Shown here: positions 27,643-38,182 of the stretch, in pieces | How the letters are laid out: every line of letters starts with the position of its first letter | Position numbering within the stretch: position 1 is the first letter of the stretch | Assembly: GCA_018436925.1 (NCBI GenBank) | Contig: JAHDKI010000006.1 | Coordinates: forward strand, 68,692 to 132,691 | DNA: 64,000 nucleotides | From: Syntrophaceae bacterium | GTDB taxonomy: Bacteria > Desulfobacterota > Syntrophia > Syntrophales > Smithellaceae | Reading direction: 5' to 3' | Notes under the pieces: model-generated | Told to the model about the DNA's origin: nothing | The model's database searches: none | Seen by the model: the letters and a program-made list of their open reading frames with translations, nothing else | Position numbers and translations under genes: made by a program

Positions 27643-30006
27643 TTACTCTCTCGCTTTTAAGACTTCCACCAGATTCAAATGATCCAGCCGGTGACGCACA
27701 ATCAATCCGGATACCGCCGCCGAAACAATCACCACGGCGGCCGCCAGTGAATAGGTTGCGGGTTCGATGATCACGGGAATGCGGAAAATATCCGAAGCGC
27801 CCGCCCGGGCGATATAGAGGCAAAGCACCCGGCCGATGACAAAGCCCGGCAGGATGGCCGCAAGCGTCAGCAGCGCCAGTTCGCCAAGAAGAATATACGA
27901 TATTTCGCCTCGCGTATATCCGAGAACACGAAGGCTCATCAGTTCCCGGCTTCGCTCGGACAGCGCGATCCGGGCGCTGTTGTAAACGACGCCGAAGGTG
28001 ATGGCGCCCGCCATAAGCGTTGCGATAAAAGTAAAGATCAACATGGCCTGGGCCTGTGTATCGTAAAAATTCCTGATCTCATCGCGCGTTACTACGGCGC
28101 CGGCAACGCGAGGCATCTCAATGAGCTGCTTGTATATCTCTTTTTTATACAACGGGTCAACCACAACCGAAGCGCCGGAAATAATATTGCCTTCCCGGTT
28201 GAGCCGGTTAAGGGCGTCTGCGTCCATATACCCCATAAGACCCAGGTATTGTCTGGCCACGGCGGCAACGGGCACCTGGCGGACCGCTCTGTCCTTTTCG
28301 AGGATTTCCACCGTGAGCGTATCTCCCGGCTCGATCTTTAAATATTCGGCCAGATAATCGGTCAGCACGATCCCGGAAGGCGGTATTTCAATCGGTTTGA
28401 GGTTCTCGTCAAGAATGTTTCGCAAGGTGCTGCGGTTTTCGACTCCTTCGATTGCGGTTTTGTAACTTCGGTGGCCATGCTTCAGTCTTGCGGAAACCGT
28501 CCGATATCCTTCGGCATGCCGGATGCCCGGAATGCCTTTTAGAGAGTAAACGGTATTGCTCGGGGCGGGTTCAATGAACGTGACTTTCATATCTTCGAGC
28601 TGTGACAGAGTAAACTGGACATGGACAAGGTAATCCACGGCGTCTTTGAAAAAACCCGCTGTCATCATGGTTGCCAGGGCGAAAGCGATGCCGACCACGG
28701 ACAGCATGGAACGAAGCGGCTTGCGGCTTACATTGCGGACGATCATCCGGGCCGGTTGGGAAAGAATGCGGCCCAGTCCTATCTTTTCCACAAAGGCTGT
28801 GCGGTATGCGGCCGGTTGTTCGGGACGCATGGCCTCCGCGGGGGGCAGTTTCGCCGCCTGGCATATTGCCAGGGCCGTCCCGGCCAGAGCGGCGGCTAAA
28901 GTAATCAGAATCGCCGCAATGAGAATCTTTTCATCCAGACGGAAAATCAAAAAAGGAAACCGGTAAAACGCCATGTAAACATCGCCCAGCATTCTTCCCA
29001 ACCAGACGCCGACTGCGGTTCCGCTCACCACGCCGCAAAAGGTGATGATCAAAACGAATTTGAAATAATGCCAGCCGATCTGCAGATTGGTGTAGCCGAA
29101 AGCCTTGAGAATCGCCACCTGTTCACGCTGCGTGTTGATGGTGCGGCTCATGACGACATTGAGCAAAAATGCGGCTACGGCCATAAATATGGCGGGAAAG
29201 ACAGCCGAAAATATTTTTAACTGCCGGAACTCTTCGTTGAGGTAACGATGCGACATCTGGTCTTGGCGTCCATACGCGCCAAAGCCGCCATACCGGTCAA
29301 TTAGCAGGTCGAGTCGCCGAATCACGTCTTCGACGTCTGCGCCGGGCGTGAGCGTCAGCGCAACGTCGTTGAACGCCCCTTTCATGTCGTAGGCGGTTCC
29401 AAGCGCCGCCTTCGGCATCCACAAAACACTGTAACGTTTGTAATCCGGACTGATCGCGCCGGGCCTCAGTTGCAGGACGAATTCCGGTGAAAGTCCCACG
29501 CCGACGATCGTCATCTGCTTCCACCGTCCGTTGATGACGGCGCCGATCCGGTCGCCGATTTCAAAACTGTGCGCTTCGGCAAACGTATCGCCAATCATGA
29601 TCTCGTCGTCTTCGGCGGCGTCGGGAAGCCGTCCTTTACGTATATAAGGCCGATTCAAAAGAGGTCGGCCGTCATCTGGAAGGGAAATGATCTTCGCCGT
29701 GACCGGCTCGTCAAAGCCTTCAATCGCCAGCTTTACGTCGGCGGTGATCCGTGTTTCCACCAGCGCGACATCCGGAATGGCGGCGATCCGATCTTTGAGG
29801 GAATCCGGTGCTCTTTTGAGCGAAGCGAACACATCGGCAAAAGCGTATTGACGATAAAAGCTGTCCCGCGTGATCATCAGGGAATCCATGTTGCTCATGA
29901 ACATGATGAAATTGGCGATGCCGCAGAGGATGACGATGACGATGGCTGCGCTCTGTCCTTTCATACGCCACAGATCTCGCATCAATTTTCTATTGAGAGA
30001 GTTCAT
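27643..30006 (-). CDS. ABC transporter permease with two FtsX domains (MacB/DevC-like)
   Basis: 787 aa. Contains two four-TM FtsX-type modules, each preceded by a large periplasmic domain. Confidence 0.85.
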   Translation of the reverse strand: MNSLNRKLMRDLWRMKGQSAAIVIVILCGIANFIMFMSNMDSLMITRDSFYRQYAFADVFASLKRAPDSLKDRIAAIPDVALVETRITADVKLAIEGFDEPVTAKIISLPDDGRPLLNRPYIRKGRLPDAAEDDEIMIGDTFAEAHSFEIGDRIGAVINGRWKQMTIVGVGLSPEFVLQLRPGAISPDYKRYSVLWMPKAALGTAYDMKGAFNDVALTLTPGADVEDVIRRLDLLIDRYGGFGAYGRQDQMSHRYLNEEFRQLKIFSAVFPAIFMAVAAFLLNVVMSRTINTQREQVAILKAFGYTNLQIGWHYFKFVLIITFCGVVSGTAVGVWLGRMLGDVYMAFYRFPFLIFRLDEKILIAAILITLAAALAGTALAICQAAKLPPAEAMRPEQPAAYRTAFVEKIGLGRILSQPARMIVRNVSRKPLRSMLSVVGIAFALATMMTAGFFKDAVDYLVHVQFTLSQLEDMKVTFIEPAPSNTVYSLKGIPGIRHAEGYRTVSARLKHGHRSYKTAIEGVENRSTLRNILDENLKPIEIPPSGIVLTDYLAEYLKIEPGDTLTVEILEKDRAVRQVPVAAVARQYLGLMGYMDADALNRLNREGNIISGASVVVDPLYKKEIYKQLIEMPRVAGAVVTRDEIRNFYDTQAQAMLIFTFIATLMAGAITFGVVYNSARIALSERSRELMSLRVLGYTRGEISYILLGELALLTLAAILPGFVIGRVLCLYIARAGASDIFRIPVIIEPATYSLAAAVVIVSAAVSGLIVRHRLDHLNLVEVLKARE

Positions 30007-30019
30007 GAACGCGCCCTCT

Positions 30020-30727
30020 TCACCAGCGGAGTTCGGCAGGAGACTGCTTTGTTCGATTCATAGCAACGTCGGCAATGAGGCCGTCAGCCAGATGGATCAC
30101 GCGGTCGGCCATGGCAGCGATGACTGCGTTGTGCGTGATAATGGCCGTCGCCGTGCCGAGTTCCTTGTTCACGCGTTCCAGGGCTTCCAAAACCAGGATG
30201 CCCGTTTTGAAATCCAGCGCGCCGGTCGGTTCGTCGCAAAGCAGCACCTCGGGTCTTTTGGAAATGGCGCGGGCAATGGTTATGCGTTGCTGCTCGCCGC
30301 CGGAAAGCTGAGAGGGGAAATGGTCCCTTCTCGCCTGAAGGCCCACCAGGGCCAACGCCTCATCGGGGGTCATGGGATTGTCGGCTATTTCCGTTACAAC
30401 GGCGACGTTCTCCCTGGCCGTCAGGCTGGGAATAAGATTATAAAATTGAAAGATGAAGCCGACATGAAACCGTCGATAGGCCGTAAGCTCCTGCTCCGTC
30501 GCAGCCGTCAGATCTTTTCCTCGGTAAGAAACGTGACCGCCGGTGGCTGTATCCAGACCGCCCAAAATGTTCAAAAGCGTTGATTTGCCGCTTCCCGAGG
30601 GCCCTAATAGGACCGTCATTTCTCCTTCATAGAGATCGAGATCCACACCTCGCAGAGCGTGTACTTGAACCTCGCCCATATCGTACACCTTGGTAAGATT
30701 CTTCACGGAAAAAACGGTTTTGTTCAT
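30020..30727 (-). CDS. ABC transporter ATP-binding protein (MacB/LolD-type)
   Basis: Walker [10 protein letters not shown], signature LSGGEQQR and Walker [12 protein letters not shown]. Starts at [11 protein letters not shown]. The upstream extension in the track ORF is unsupported. Confidence 0.9.
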   Translation of the reverse strand: MNKTVFSVKNLTKVYDMGEVQVHALRGVDLDLYEGEMTVLLGPSGSGKSTLLNILGGLDTATGGHVSYRGKDLTAATEQELTAYRRFHVGFIFQFYNLIPSLTARENVAVVTEIADNPMTPDEALALVGLQARRDHFPSQLSGGEQQRITIARAISKRPEVLLCDEPTGALDFKTGILVLEALERVNKELGTATAIITHNAVIAAMADRVIHLADGLIADVAMNRTKQSPAELRW

Positions 30728-31220
30728 TGGATCCGCTCCGTATCCGATGTATTGCTCAATTCTTGGCGTCGATATTTTATAGCCGATTTGGCGGATGTTA
30801 TGCAATGGTGGATTATCGGCCCGATATTTAGAAATGGATTTGCCGGCAGATTCGAAGAATTCCTCAATAAAAAGCAAACCCATCAAGTCATACAGTTTTT
30901 TCAGCGATTCCACCTGCGCTTGGCATTGAGGAAATCAATACGATAGTTCCTGTAAAAACTTTCCATGGCACCCCCGCCTCCCATAGAAATTCTTATCTTT
31001 TGCCTTCGAGGTTTGGATGCCATGCAAAATCTAGATCTATGTCGGTAATAAACAGTCTTTGCTCAGAAACACTGAAAATCGGCTCTGCCAACGCGCTCAT
31101 AATAAGCTTAGTAAAAATATCCAGTCTCACCGGCACACCGCCGACGATCCGTTCTAATAAAGATTGACAAAATAGACAAAAAAAGTTTTTAACGGCATAA
31201 ACCATATTAAGGGAGGATTG

Positions 31221-31667
31221 ATGAAGAAACAATTGTGCCTTTTTCTGGCGATAGCTGCATTTGTTTTTATGGCGGGATGCTCGGAAATAAAGGAACCGGA
31301 AGGCACGCCGGTCAGCTTGACTCAGGAAGACCTGGACCAAGCAAGTTTCTCGAGCGAAGAGCTGCGCCTGTCGATCGCCTGGTTTACTAAAGCAAACGAG
31401 TTGGCAACCAATGGCCTCTATCGCGAAGCATTATATTGTTACCATCAATCCATAGAGCTTTGGCCGGAAAAAATCGAAAAAGAAAATCCGCGGATCAAGC
31501 ATCTTCCGGAACCGACCAGTCAGTATCTTAAATTGGCTGAACTTTATCTGGAAATGAAAGAACCTGAATTAGCCTTAAAATATTACAAAAAATTCAGCAA
31601 CTATTTTCCGGGGCATCCCCTGGCCGGCAAAGGCATCGCTCAGGCAAAAGCCATGCTGAAAAAATAA
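31221..31667 (+). CDS. TPR-repeat lipoprotein
   Basis: Signal peptide with lipobox (FVFMAGC). TPR-like helices (YREALYCYHQSIEL, LAELYLEMKEPELALKYY). AT-richer than its flanks. Confidence 0.6.
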   Translation: MKKQLCLFLAIAAFVFMAGCSEIKEPEGTPVSLTQEDLDQASFSSEELRLSIAWFTKANELATNGLYREALYCYHQSIELWPEKIEKENPRIKHLPEPTSQYLKLAELYLEMKEPELALKYYKKFSNYFPGHPLAGKGIAQAKAMLKK

Positions 31668-31751
31668 AACCGGGCCGACTTGATGCATCGACAATCCATT
31701 TTCACATGAAAAGACGGAACAATTTAAAGCAGGATGCCGCGACGACCTTGC
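31617..31751 (+). repeat. direct repeat copy A (3' end of TPR gene plus downstream region)
   Basis: Aligns without gaps at a constant offset of 1907 bp to 33524-33657. By eye, about 98 of 124 positions are identical, including the stop codon position. Confidence 0.8.
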
Positions 31752-31802
31752 CGGCGCCGGGATTGTGATTGGCGGACCGCACGAAAACGAGCAATTTCAT
31801 CG

Positions 31803-31830
31803 CGTCTGTTCATGGACAGGGCGTTTTTTT
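31803..31830 (+). terminator. rho-independent terminator
   Basis: CG-T-CTGT / ACAG-GG-CG hairpin followed by T7. It lies about 140 nt after the TPR gene stop. Confidence 0.55.
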
Positions 31831-31974
31831 GAATATTGGGAAGCGACATAAAAAAGGCCGATCGCCGCTGCCCTGAAAAGACAGGCATCTCCCCTCTATG
31901 AATCATAATATAATAATGTGCCGGCTGCTTTCTCGAGGTAAATTATCCAGCGGAGAATTTGCAAGGATTTCCGA

Positions 31975-33399
31975 ATGGCTGCAAAAAAGATAGTTCTGAT
32001 AAACCCGTATCCTGAGAAGTCTCGCGGAATCAATGAGGCAACGGTTTACCCGCCTCTGGGCCTTGCCTATCTGGCATCCTACGCCAGGCGCCACGGGTTC
32101 ACAGACATAAAAATAATCGACGCTAATATCCTGAAGATCAGCAACCGCGAGCTGATGAGGATTCTTAAAATAATGGCTCCGGACATCGTCGGAATCCAGA
32201 TGAATGTCATCCTGGCCTCTGCAGGAGTAGAGCTCTCAAAAATGATAAAATTATCGATTCCAGGATGCCTGGTGGTGATCGGCGGTCCATTAACATCTTC
32301 AAACCCGAGGGAAATGCTTTCGCTCTCAAAGGCAGACATTGCAGTCATAGGAGAGGGCGAAGAAACCTTTCTCGAGATTCTTCAGGACACGGAATTCGAA
32401 CGGATCAGGGGCGTGGCTTTTTTTAAACACCAGTCTTTCTGTATCACCCCTCCAAGGCCTCTGATTGAGAATATAAACAGCATACCTTTTCCTGCCTATG
32501 ATCTTCTTCCGCCTTTCAAGATCTATAAGTCTCGCGCGAGAAAAAAGCCTGTTGGTGTGCTGATTACCTCAAGAGGCTGCCCCTACCAGTGTACATTCTG
32601 CAATGCCAGTGTCTTTGGTAAGAGCTTCAGGGCGAGAAGCCCTGAAAATGTGATGGCAGAAATTGACATGCTCGTCGCCGAATTCCATATAAAGCAGATT
32701 GATGTGCTCGATGACAATTTCATCAATGACATGGGACGCGCAGAATCCATATTCGATGCCGTCATCTCCCGGAAATACGGGGTGTTGATTAATCTCCAAA
32801 ACGGCGTGCGGGTTGACAGGCTGACCTTTGCGACCGTAAAAAAGATGAAAAAAGCGGGCGTCTTCAAGATTGGCGTGGGCATAGAATCAGGGGATCCTGC
32901 AATACTCAAAGGCGTCAAGAAAGGGCTTGACCTTAAACAAGTCGAGCAGGCCCTTGCCTGGTTCAGAAAGGCAGGGATAATCACCATAGGATTTTTCATG
33001 ATAGGATTTCCTGAAGATACAGAAGACAGCATCAGGAAAACCATTGCTTTTGCAATCAGGGCAAACCCGCATATCGCCAATTTTTCTATGCTCACACCGT
33101 TTCCAGGAACAGCCATGCATAGAGAACTTGGCGAGTCGGGAAATCTGAAAGAGGCAAACAGGCTTTTTTATGAGAGTGGGTTTTACGACCGGAAAGTCTA
33201 CCACAAATGCAAACACCTCACAGAGGATGCGCTGTTTGCTCTTCAGAGACAGGCTTATTCAAAATTCAACTTTCGTCTTTCAAAAATGATTGATGTCCTG
33301 CTCACCCTAAGAAGCCTCAATGAGCTCAAATGGACCTTGGATGCCGGGTTTCCCTTGTTTAAAAGGGTTATCGCTCCGTTTAGGCGTCTGCGTTCTTAG
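31975..33399 (+). CDS. B12-binding-domain radical SAM protein
   Basis: N-terminal cobalamin-binding-like Rossmann region and the CPYQCTFCN radical SAM motif. 474 aa. GC is visibly lower and ATA/AGA/AGG codons are used. Confidence 0.85.
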   Translation: MAAKKIVLINPYPEKSRGINEATVYPPLGLAYLASYARRHGFTDIKIIDANILKISNRELMRILKIMAPDIVGIQMNVILASAGVELSKMIKLSIPGCLVVIGGPLTSSNPREMLSLSKADIAVIGEGEETFLEILQDTEFERIRGVAFFKHQSFCITPPRPLIENINSIPFPAYDLLPPFKIYKSRARKKPVGVLITSRGCPYQCTFCNASVFGKSFRARSPENVMAEIDMLVAEFHIKQIDVLDDNFINDMGRAESIFDAVISRKYGVLINLQNGVRVDRLTFATVKKMKKAGVFKIGVGIESGDPAILKGVKKGLDLKQVEQALAWFRKAGIITIGFFMIGFPEDTEDSIRKTIAFAIRANPHIANFSMLTPFPGTAMHRELGESGNLKEANRLFYESGFYDRKVYHKCKHLTEDALFALQRQAYSKFNFRLSKMIDVLLTLRSLNELKWTLDAGFPLFKRVIAPFRRLRS

Positions 33400-33523
33400 C
33401 CGATTTCCTCACCAGAAGGCTTTTTTAGACTCCCGGATTCTGGTTTTTCAGCCAATCCCGCACCCAACGGGTGCGTGCAATACCTTGCAGAGGTTCCGAA
33501 AGGCGACTAGTGTCCGGGCCGTC

Positions 33524-33657
33524 CCCCCGGCAGGCCATGGCGTCGATCAGGCAAAAGGCAGGCTGAAAAATTAAAACCGGGCCGACGCGCTGCAGCCACA
33601 ATCCATTTCCGCATAAAAAAACGGCGCACTTTAAAATAGGATGCCTGACGATCCTGC
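33524..33657 (+). repeat. direct repeat copy B (contains relic of TPR-gene C-terminus)
   Basis: See copy A. In frame it reads PPAGHGVDQAKGRLKN-stop, against PLAGKGIAQAKAMLKK-stop in the intact gene. Confidence 0.8.
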
Positions 33658-33699
33658 GTTTCGGAAAATCCATCCCGGACATACAGGCGCTCGATGATA

Positions 33700-33728
33700 T
33701 TGACACGAAGCCCCGCTCCCCCTATACT
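33700..33728 (+). promoter_or_regulatory. sigma-70-type promoter of hrpB
   Basis: TTGACA-N17-TATACT. The -10 element ends 6 nt before the hrpB ATG and there is no SD. Confidence 0.55.
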
Positions 33729-33734
33729 CCCGCC

Positions 33735-36284
33735 ATGCAGAAAAAATCTTCCTATCCCATCGACGAAATTCTTCCCGAGTTGAAGGCATCTCTTCTAAGG
33801 CATGCTTCCGTGGTTCTCCAGGCGCCGCCCGGCTCCGGCAAAACCACGCGCGTTGCGCCGGCGCTGCTGGACTTCATCGGACCTGAAAAAGGGCGAATTC
33901 TTCTTCTGGAACCCCGGCGCATCGCAGCCGTATCCGCCGCCCGCTGGATGGCTAAAACCCTGGGCGAGGAAATCGGTCAAACGCTGGGCTATTCCATCCG
34001 GTTCGATAGCCGGGTCTCGAAACGAACCCGCATCGAGGTGATCACCGAAGGCGTCCTCACGCGCCGCATTCTGACGAATCCCGATCTTTCGGGCGTCGCC
34101 ATGGTGATCTTCGACGAGTTTCATGAAAGAAATCTCCAATCGGATCTGGCTCTGGCATTGTGCCTGGATATCCGCCGAGCCCTGCGGGAAGATCTCAAGA
34201 TCCTCGTGATGTCGGCCACGCTCGATACCGGCCCGATTTCAGATCTTCTGGACGGAGCGCCCATCATCACGGCGAAGGGCATTGCCTATCCGGTGGAGGA
34301 GCGCTACTTGGGGGATAAACCCGACGAGCCGATTACAAAACGTGTGTCGGATACCGTCATCAAGGCGCTGGGTGAAACGTCAGGCGACATCCTCGCCTTC
34401 TTGCCGGGAGGCGGTGAAATTCGCGCCACCGCCGACAGGCTTGCCGAAGCGTTCGACAGCCGGTCAATAAAGGACGTATCGATTCATCCTCTTTACGGCG
34501 ATTTGCCTTTTGAAGCGCAAGAGCGGGCCATTGTGCCGGGACGCGTTCGAAAAATTGTTCTGGCGACCAACATCGCGGAAACGAGCCTCACAATCGAGGG
34601 CGTCGGGGTCGTGGTTGACGGCGGCTTGACTCGCAGACTTGAATATGATCCGGCAACGGGCATGAACCGTCTGGCGACTGTCGCCGTTTCAAAGGCGCAA
34701 GCCGCGCAGCGGGCGGGACGAGCGGGCCGCTTGGGGCCGGGCGTCTGCTATCGATGCTACAGCGCACATACCTTTTCATCCTTCATTGCTTTCGCGCCGC
34801 CGGAAATCGCCATTTCCGATCTGGCGGGTCCGGCTCTGGATCTGGCCGCTTGGGGCGTTCGGAATCCGGCAACGCTATTATGGCTTGATGAGCCGCCTGC
34901 TGCGGCCTGGCGGATCGCGCACAAACTCCTTGAGGATTTGGGCGCACTGGATGCCGCAGGTCTAATGACGGACGTAGGCCTGGCCATGGCGCGCCTTCCG
35001 GTTCACCCGCGATTGGGCCGTCTGATGATCAAAGCGGCCGAAATCGGCTTGCCGTCTCTGGGCGCTGATCTGGCGTCGCTTCTTTCCGAACGCGATGTTC
35101 TGCGTTTTTCCTCTTCCGCCTCTCTGATGGCATCCGGCGGATATGATCTGAGTGATCGGCTTGCGCTTCTTCGCCGGTGGCGAAAAGATAAAAAAGCGCC
35201 TCCTGAATCGGATCCTTATGCTTTGCGGGCGGCGGATGCCATTGCCGGTCAACTTCGGCGGTTGATAAAGTCGAAAAACAGCGATTTCCAAAAAGAGCTA
35301 CCCGACAGTATCGCCCGACTGCTCCTTTGCGCTTTTCCCGACCGCGTCGCCAAGAAGCGCGATGACCGCCATGATCTTTATCTCTTGCGCTCCGGAAGGG
35401 GCGTAAAGCTTTCCGCAAAAAGCCTTGCGGCGAAAAGTGACTATATCGTCGCACCCGTTATCGATAAAGGCAATCAGGCTCAGGGCATTGTACACCTGGC
35501 TGAACCGCTTTCGGAGCATAGTCTCCGCAAAGAACTGGCCGGCCGGATTAAAACGATCAGACGCCTCGAATGGAACAAGCCCGAAGGCCGGATCATCGCT
35601 GTTTTGGAAGAGCGCCTGGAATCGATTTCGATTTCCGCAAAGCCGATTCAACCGACGCCGGATGAAATCGCGCAAGTTCTTTGCGACGCTGTTCGATCAA
35701 AGACAGCCCAAATTTCCTTCAGCCGTCAGGCCAAGCAGTTGCAGGCCCGCGTGCGCCTGATGCGTAAAGCCTTCCCCGATGAACACTGGCCCGATCTTTC
35801 AGAAGACGCGCTTTTGGCCGCGCCCCAAACTTGGCTTTGGCCCCGGCTGTCGGGCGTCCGCAGCGCAGCCGATCTAGCGGCGCTGGACATTGTGCCCGTT
35901 CTCACGGACATCCTCACACGCCAGCAACAGCGGCTTCTTGACCAGCGCGCCCCGCTTTCCATTGCGGTTCCCAGCGGCCACACGATTGCGATTGATTATG
36001 TCTCGGGAGACCATCCCGTCCTCGCTGTGAAACTTCAAGAGATGTTCGGCCTGGCCGAAACGCCCTTTTTGGCTTCGGGAAGGGTTCCGTTGCTCTTGCA
36101 CCTTTTGTCACCGGCGGGCAGGCCTGTCGCGGTCACGCGCGATCTGAAAGCGTTTTGGAATACAGGTTATTCCCAGGTGAAAAAGGAACTTCGGGGACGC
36201 TATCCGAAACATCCCTGGCCGGACGACCCCTTAAGCGCAACACCCACCCGCAGAACCAAAGGCCGCGCACGCCAGAGAGACTGA
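33735..36284 (+). CDS. hrpB: ATP-dependent RNA helicase HrpB (DEAH-box)
   Basis: Shows APPGSGKTT, the DEFHER box, ATNIAETSLTI, QRAGRAGR and a long HrpB-type C-terminal region. 849 aa. Confidence 0.9.
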   Translation: MQKKSSYPIDEILPELKASLLRHASVVLQAPPGSGKTTRVAPALLDFIGPEKGRILLLEPRRIAAVSAARWMAKTLGEEIGQTLGYSIRFDSRVSKRTRIEVITEGVLTRRILTNPDLSGVAMVIFDEFHERNLQSDLALALCLDIRRALREDLKILVMSATLDTGPISDLLDGAPIITAKGIAYPVEERYLGDKPDEPITKRVSDTVIKALGETSGDILAFLPGGGEIRATADRLAEAFDSRSIKDVSIHPLYGDLPFEAQERAIVPGRVRKIVLATNIAETSLTIEGVGVVVDGGLTRRLEYDPATGMNRLATVAVSKAQAAQRAGRAGRLGPGVCYRCYSAHTFSSFIAFAPPEIAISDLAGPALDLAAWGVRNPATLLWLDEPPAAAWRIAHKLLEDLGALDAAGLMTDVGLAMARLPVHPRLGRLMIKAAEIGLPSLGADLASLLSERDVLRFSSSASLMASGGYDLSDRLALLRRWRKDKKAPPESDPYALRAADAIAGQLRRLIKSKNSDFQKELPDSIARLLLCAFPDRVAKKRDDRHDLYLLRSGRGVKLSAKSLAAKSDYIVAPVIDKGNQAQGIVHLAEPLSEHSLRKELAGRIKTIRRLEWNKPEGRIIAVLEERLESISISAKPIQPTPDEIAQVLCDAVRSKTAQISFSRQAKQLQARVRLMRKAFPDEHWPDLSEDALLAAPQTWLWPRLSGVRSAADLAALDIVPVLTDILTRQQQRLLDQRAPLSIAVPSGHTIAIDYVSGDHPVLAVKLQEMFGLAETPFLASGRVPLLLHLLSPAGRPVAVTRDLKAFWNTGYSQVKKELRGRYPKHPWPDDPLSATPTRRTKGRARQRD

Positions 36285-36961
36285 AGCCGACTGCACGGGC
36301 CGGCTTTAAAGCTTTAAAATGGAAAAGCCGCCCCAACCGAAGGCGTGCACGGGTTCCGGAGTTGCATCAGGAAAGAGTCCTGAAAATATTTTAATTTACG
36401 GGCAGGCTTTGGGGATAGTTTCTTGAAACTTATGATACCCGCGACTCAGGGTATTCGTCGTCGCAGCAACTTAGCCAATATTTTTTTAACTTTTTCAGAA
36501 AGGCCCGGGAAGCGAACTGCTCCCCCGTCGATGGCGGCGCTTCAACCGCCTCCGATGGGTTCGTCTAGGGGATCGTCGCAGAACTCGTCATGATATTGAT
36601 CAACCAAGCGGATTTCTTGATATGCACTCGATTGGTTTTTGATCGATTTTTGCGTCATCGTTAAACCCCTTTTTACGTTCACAAAGCGCATCCGGAACCG
36701 GGACGATCCCTGACGCGCGGTTTTCATCCTACACCATAAAACACTCTCCTTCCAGCAAAGATCGATCACCCAAAACATTGCCGTTTGCCCTCTTATCCAA
36801 GGAGGATCTTAAAAATAGTTGCATTTCACATGGATTATCTGATTAATTAGGCTTCAATTCCGAAGCACATGGGGTATTGAGGCCCTATCCGCCCGGTATT
36901 TGGAACAGACGGCCGGGTGAAACCGGCTCGTTAATGAATTCAACCCGAAAGGTGATCAAAA

Positions 36962-38119
36962 ATGAATAATTTTAAACTGTACAACCCGACGAAAATCATT
37001 TTCGGCAAGGGAACGATCAAAGACATCGCGGCGGAGATTCCGCAAAACGCCAGGATTCTGATCACCTACGGCGGAGGCAGTATCAAACACAACGGCGTCT
37101 ACGACCAGGTGCGCAAGGCGCTGGCGGATCGACGGATCGGGGAATTCGGCGGCATTGAGCCCAACCCGACTTACGAAACGTTGATGCGTTGTGTTCATAT
37201 GATTCGTGAAGAGCAATTTGATTATCTTCTCGCGGTCGGCGGCGGTTCCGTCATCGACGGCACAAAATTCATTGCGGCGGCCGTGACGTATGAGGGCGAA
37301 CCCTGGGAACTGGTTCAGACCTACGGCGCGAAAATCAAGCAGAGCCTGCCATTCGGATCGGTCCTGACGCTTCCGGCCAGCGGATCCGAGATGAACAACG
37401 GCGCGGTCATTACGCACAAAGGGCTAAACGCCAAGCTGCCTTTCGCCCACCCGTCATTGTTTCCCCGATTTTCCGTTTTGGATCCCACCGTGACCTATTC
37501 GCTGCCGGCCAAACAAATCGCCAACGGCGTCGTTGACGCCTTCGTCCATGTTACGGAGCAGTATCTCACCTATCCCGTAAACGCGAAATTACAGGACCGC
37601 TTCGCCGAAAGCTTGCTTTTAACGTTGATCGAAGAGGGCCCGAAGGCGCTTGCGGAACCGGAAAATTACGATGTGCGCGCCAATCTCATGTGGTGCGCCA
37701 CGCTGGCTTTAAACGGACTGCTGAGCGCCGGCGTTCCCCAGGATTGGGCCACCCATATGATCGGCCATGAAATGACCGCTCTTTCGGGATTGGATCACGC
37801 CCGAACACTCGCGGTCGTCCTGCCCGCCGTGATGAAAATCCGCGCCGGTGAAAAAAAAGAAAAAATCCTGCAGTACGCCGAGCGGGTCTGGGGAATTACC
37901 GACGGCGACGAGCAGGCCCGCATTGACGCCGCTATCGAAAAAACGCGCGCTTTTTTTGAAAGCATGAAGGTGCCGACCCGTCTTTGCGATTACAATCTTA
38001 ACGAAGCGATTATTCCGACCCTTGTTGAACAACTCAAAGCGCACAACATGATCAAACTGGGCGAAAAAAGAGATATTACCCCGGACGTGGCCGAAGCGAT
38101 CCTGAAGGCTTGCCTGTAA
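36962..38119 (+). CDS. iron-containing (group III) alcohol dehydrogenase, YqhD/BdhA-like
   Basis: Shows MNNFKLYNPTKIIFGKG, GGGS.ID and the H...H metal ligands (WATHMIGHE). Confidence 0.85.
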   Translation: MNNFKLYNPTKIIFGKGTIKDIAAEIPQNARILITYGGGSIKHNGVYDQVRKALADRRIGEFGGIEPNPTYETLMRCVHMIREEQFDYLLAVGGGSVIDGTKFIAAAVTYEGEPWELVQTYGAKIKQSLPFGSVLTLPASGSEMNNGAVITHKGLNAKLPFAHPSLFPRFSVLDPTVTYSLPAKQIANGVVDAFVHVTEQYLTYPVNAKLQDRFAESLLLTLIEEGPKALAEPENYDVRANLMWCATLALNGLLSAGVPQDWATHMIGHEMTALSGLDHARTLAVVLPAVMKIRAGEKKEKILQYAERVWGITDGDEQARIDAAIEKTRAFFESMKVPTRLCDYNLNEAIIPTLVEQLKAHNMIKLGEKRDITPDVAEAILKACL

Positions 38120-38182
38120 CAGAAAAGTCTTGTCTTGCGCGCCGGAAAATGAAATAGATCCCTTCTCGAGGGGGGAAATGAT

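Noticed and set aside
33320-33574. 84-aa ORF at the end of the radical SAM gene.
   Set aside because: Most of it overlaps the radical SAM CDS in another frame. Only its last 17 or so codons are meaningful, as a relic copy of the TPR-gene C-terminus (reported as a repeat).
36542-36778. Small minus-strand ORF in the 677-bp hrpB-adh intergenic region. An internal 38-codon version (start 36658, MTQKSIKNQ...DEPIGGG) has a G-rich SD.
   Set aside because: I recognise no motif and no partner genes such as modifying enzymes or a transporter are adjacent. The region could equally be untranslated. It is kept only as a note for Ribo-seq or conservation checks.
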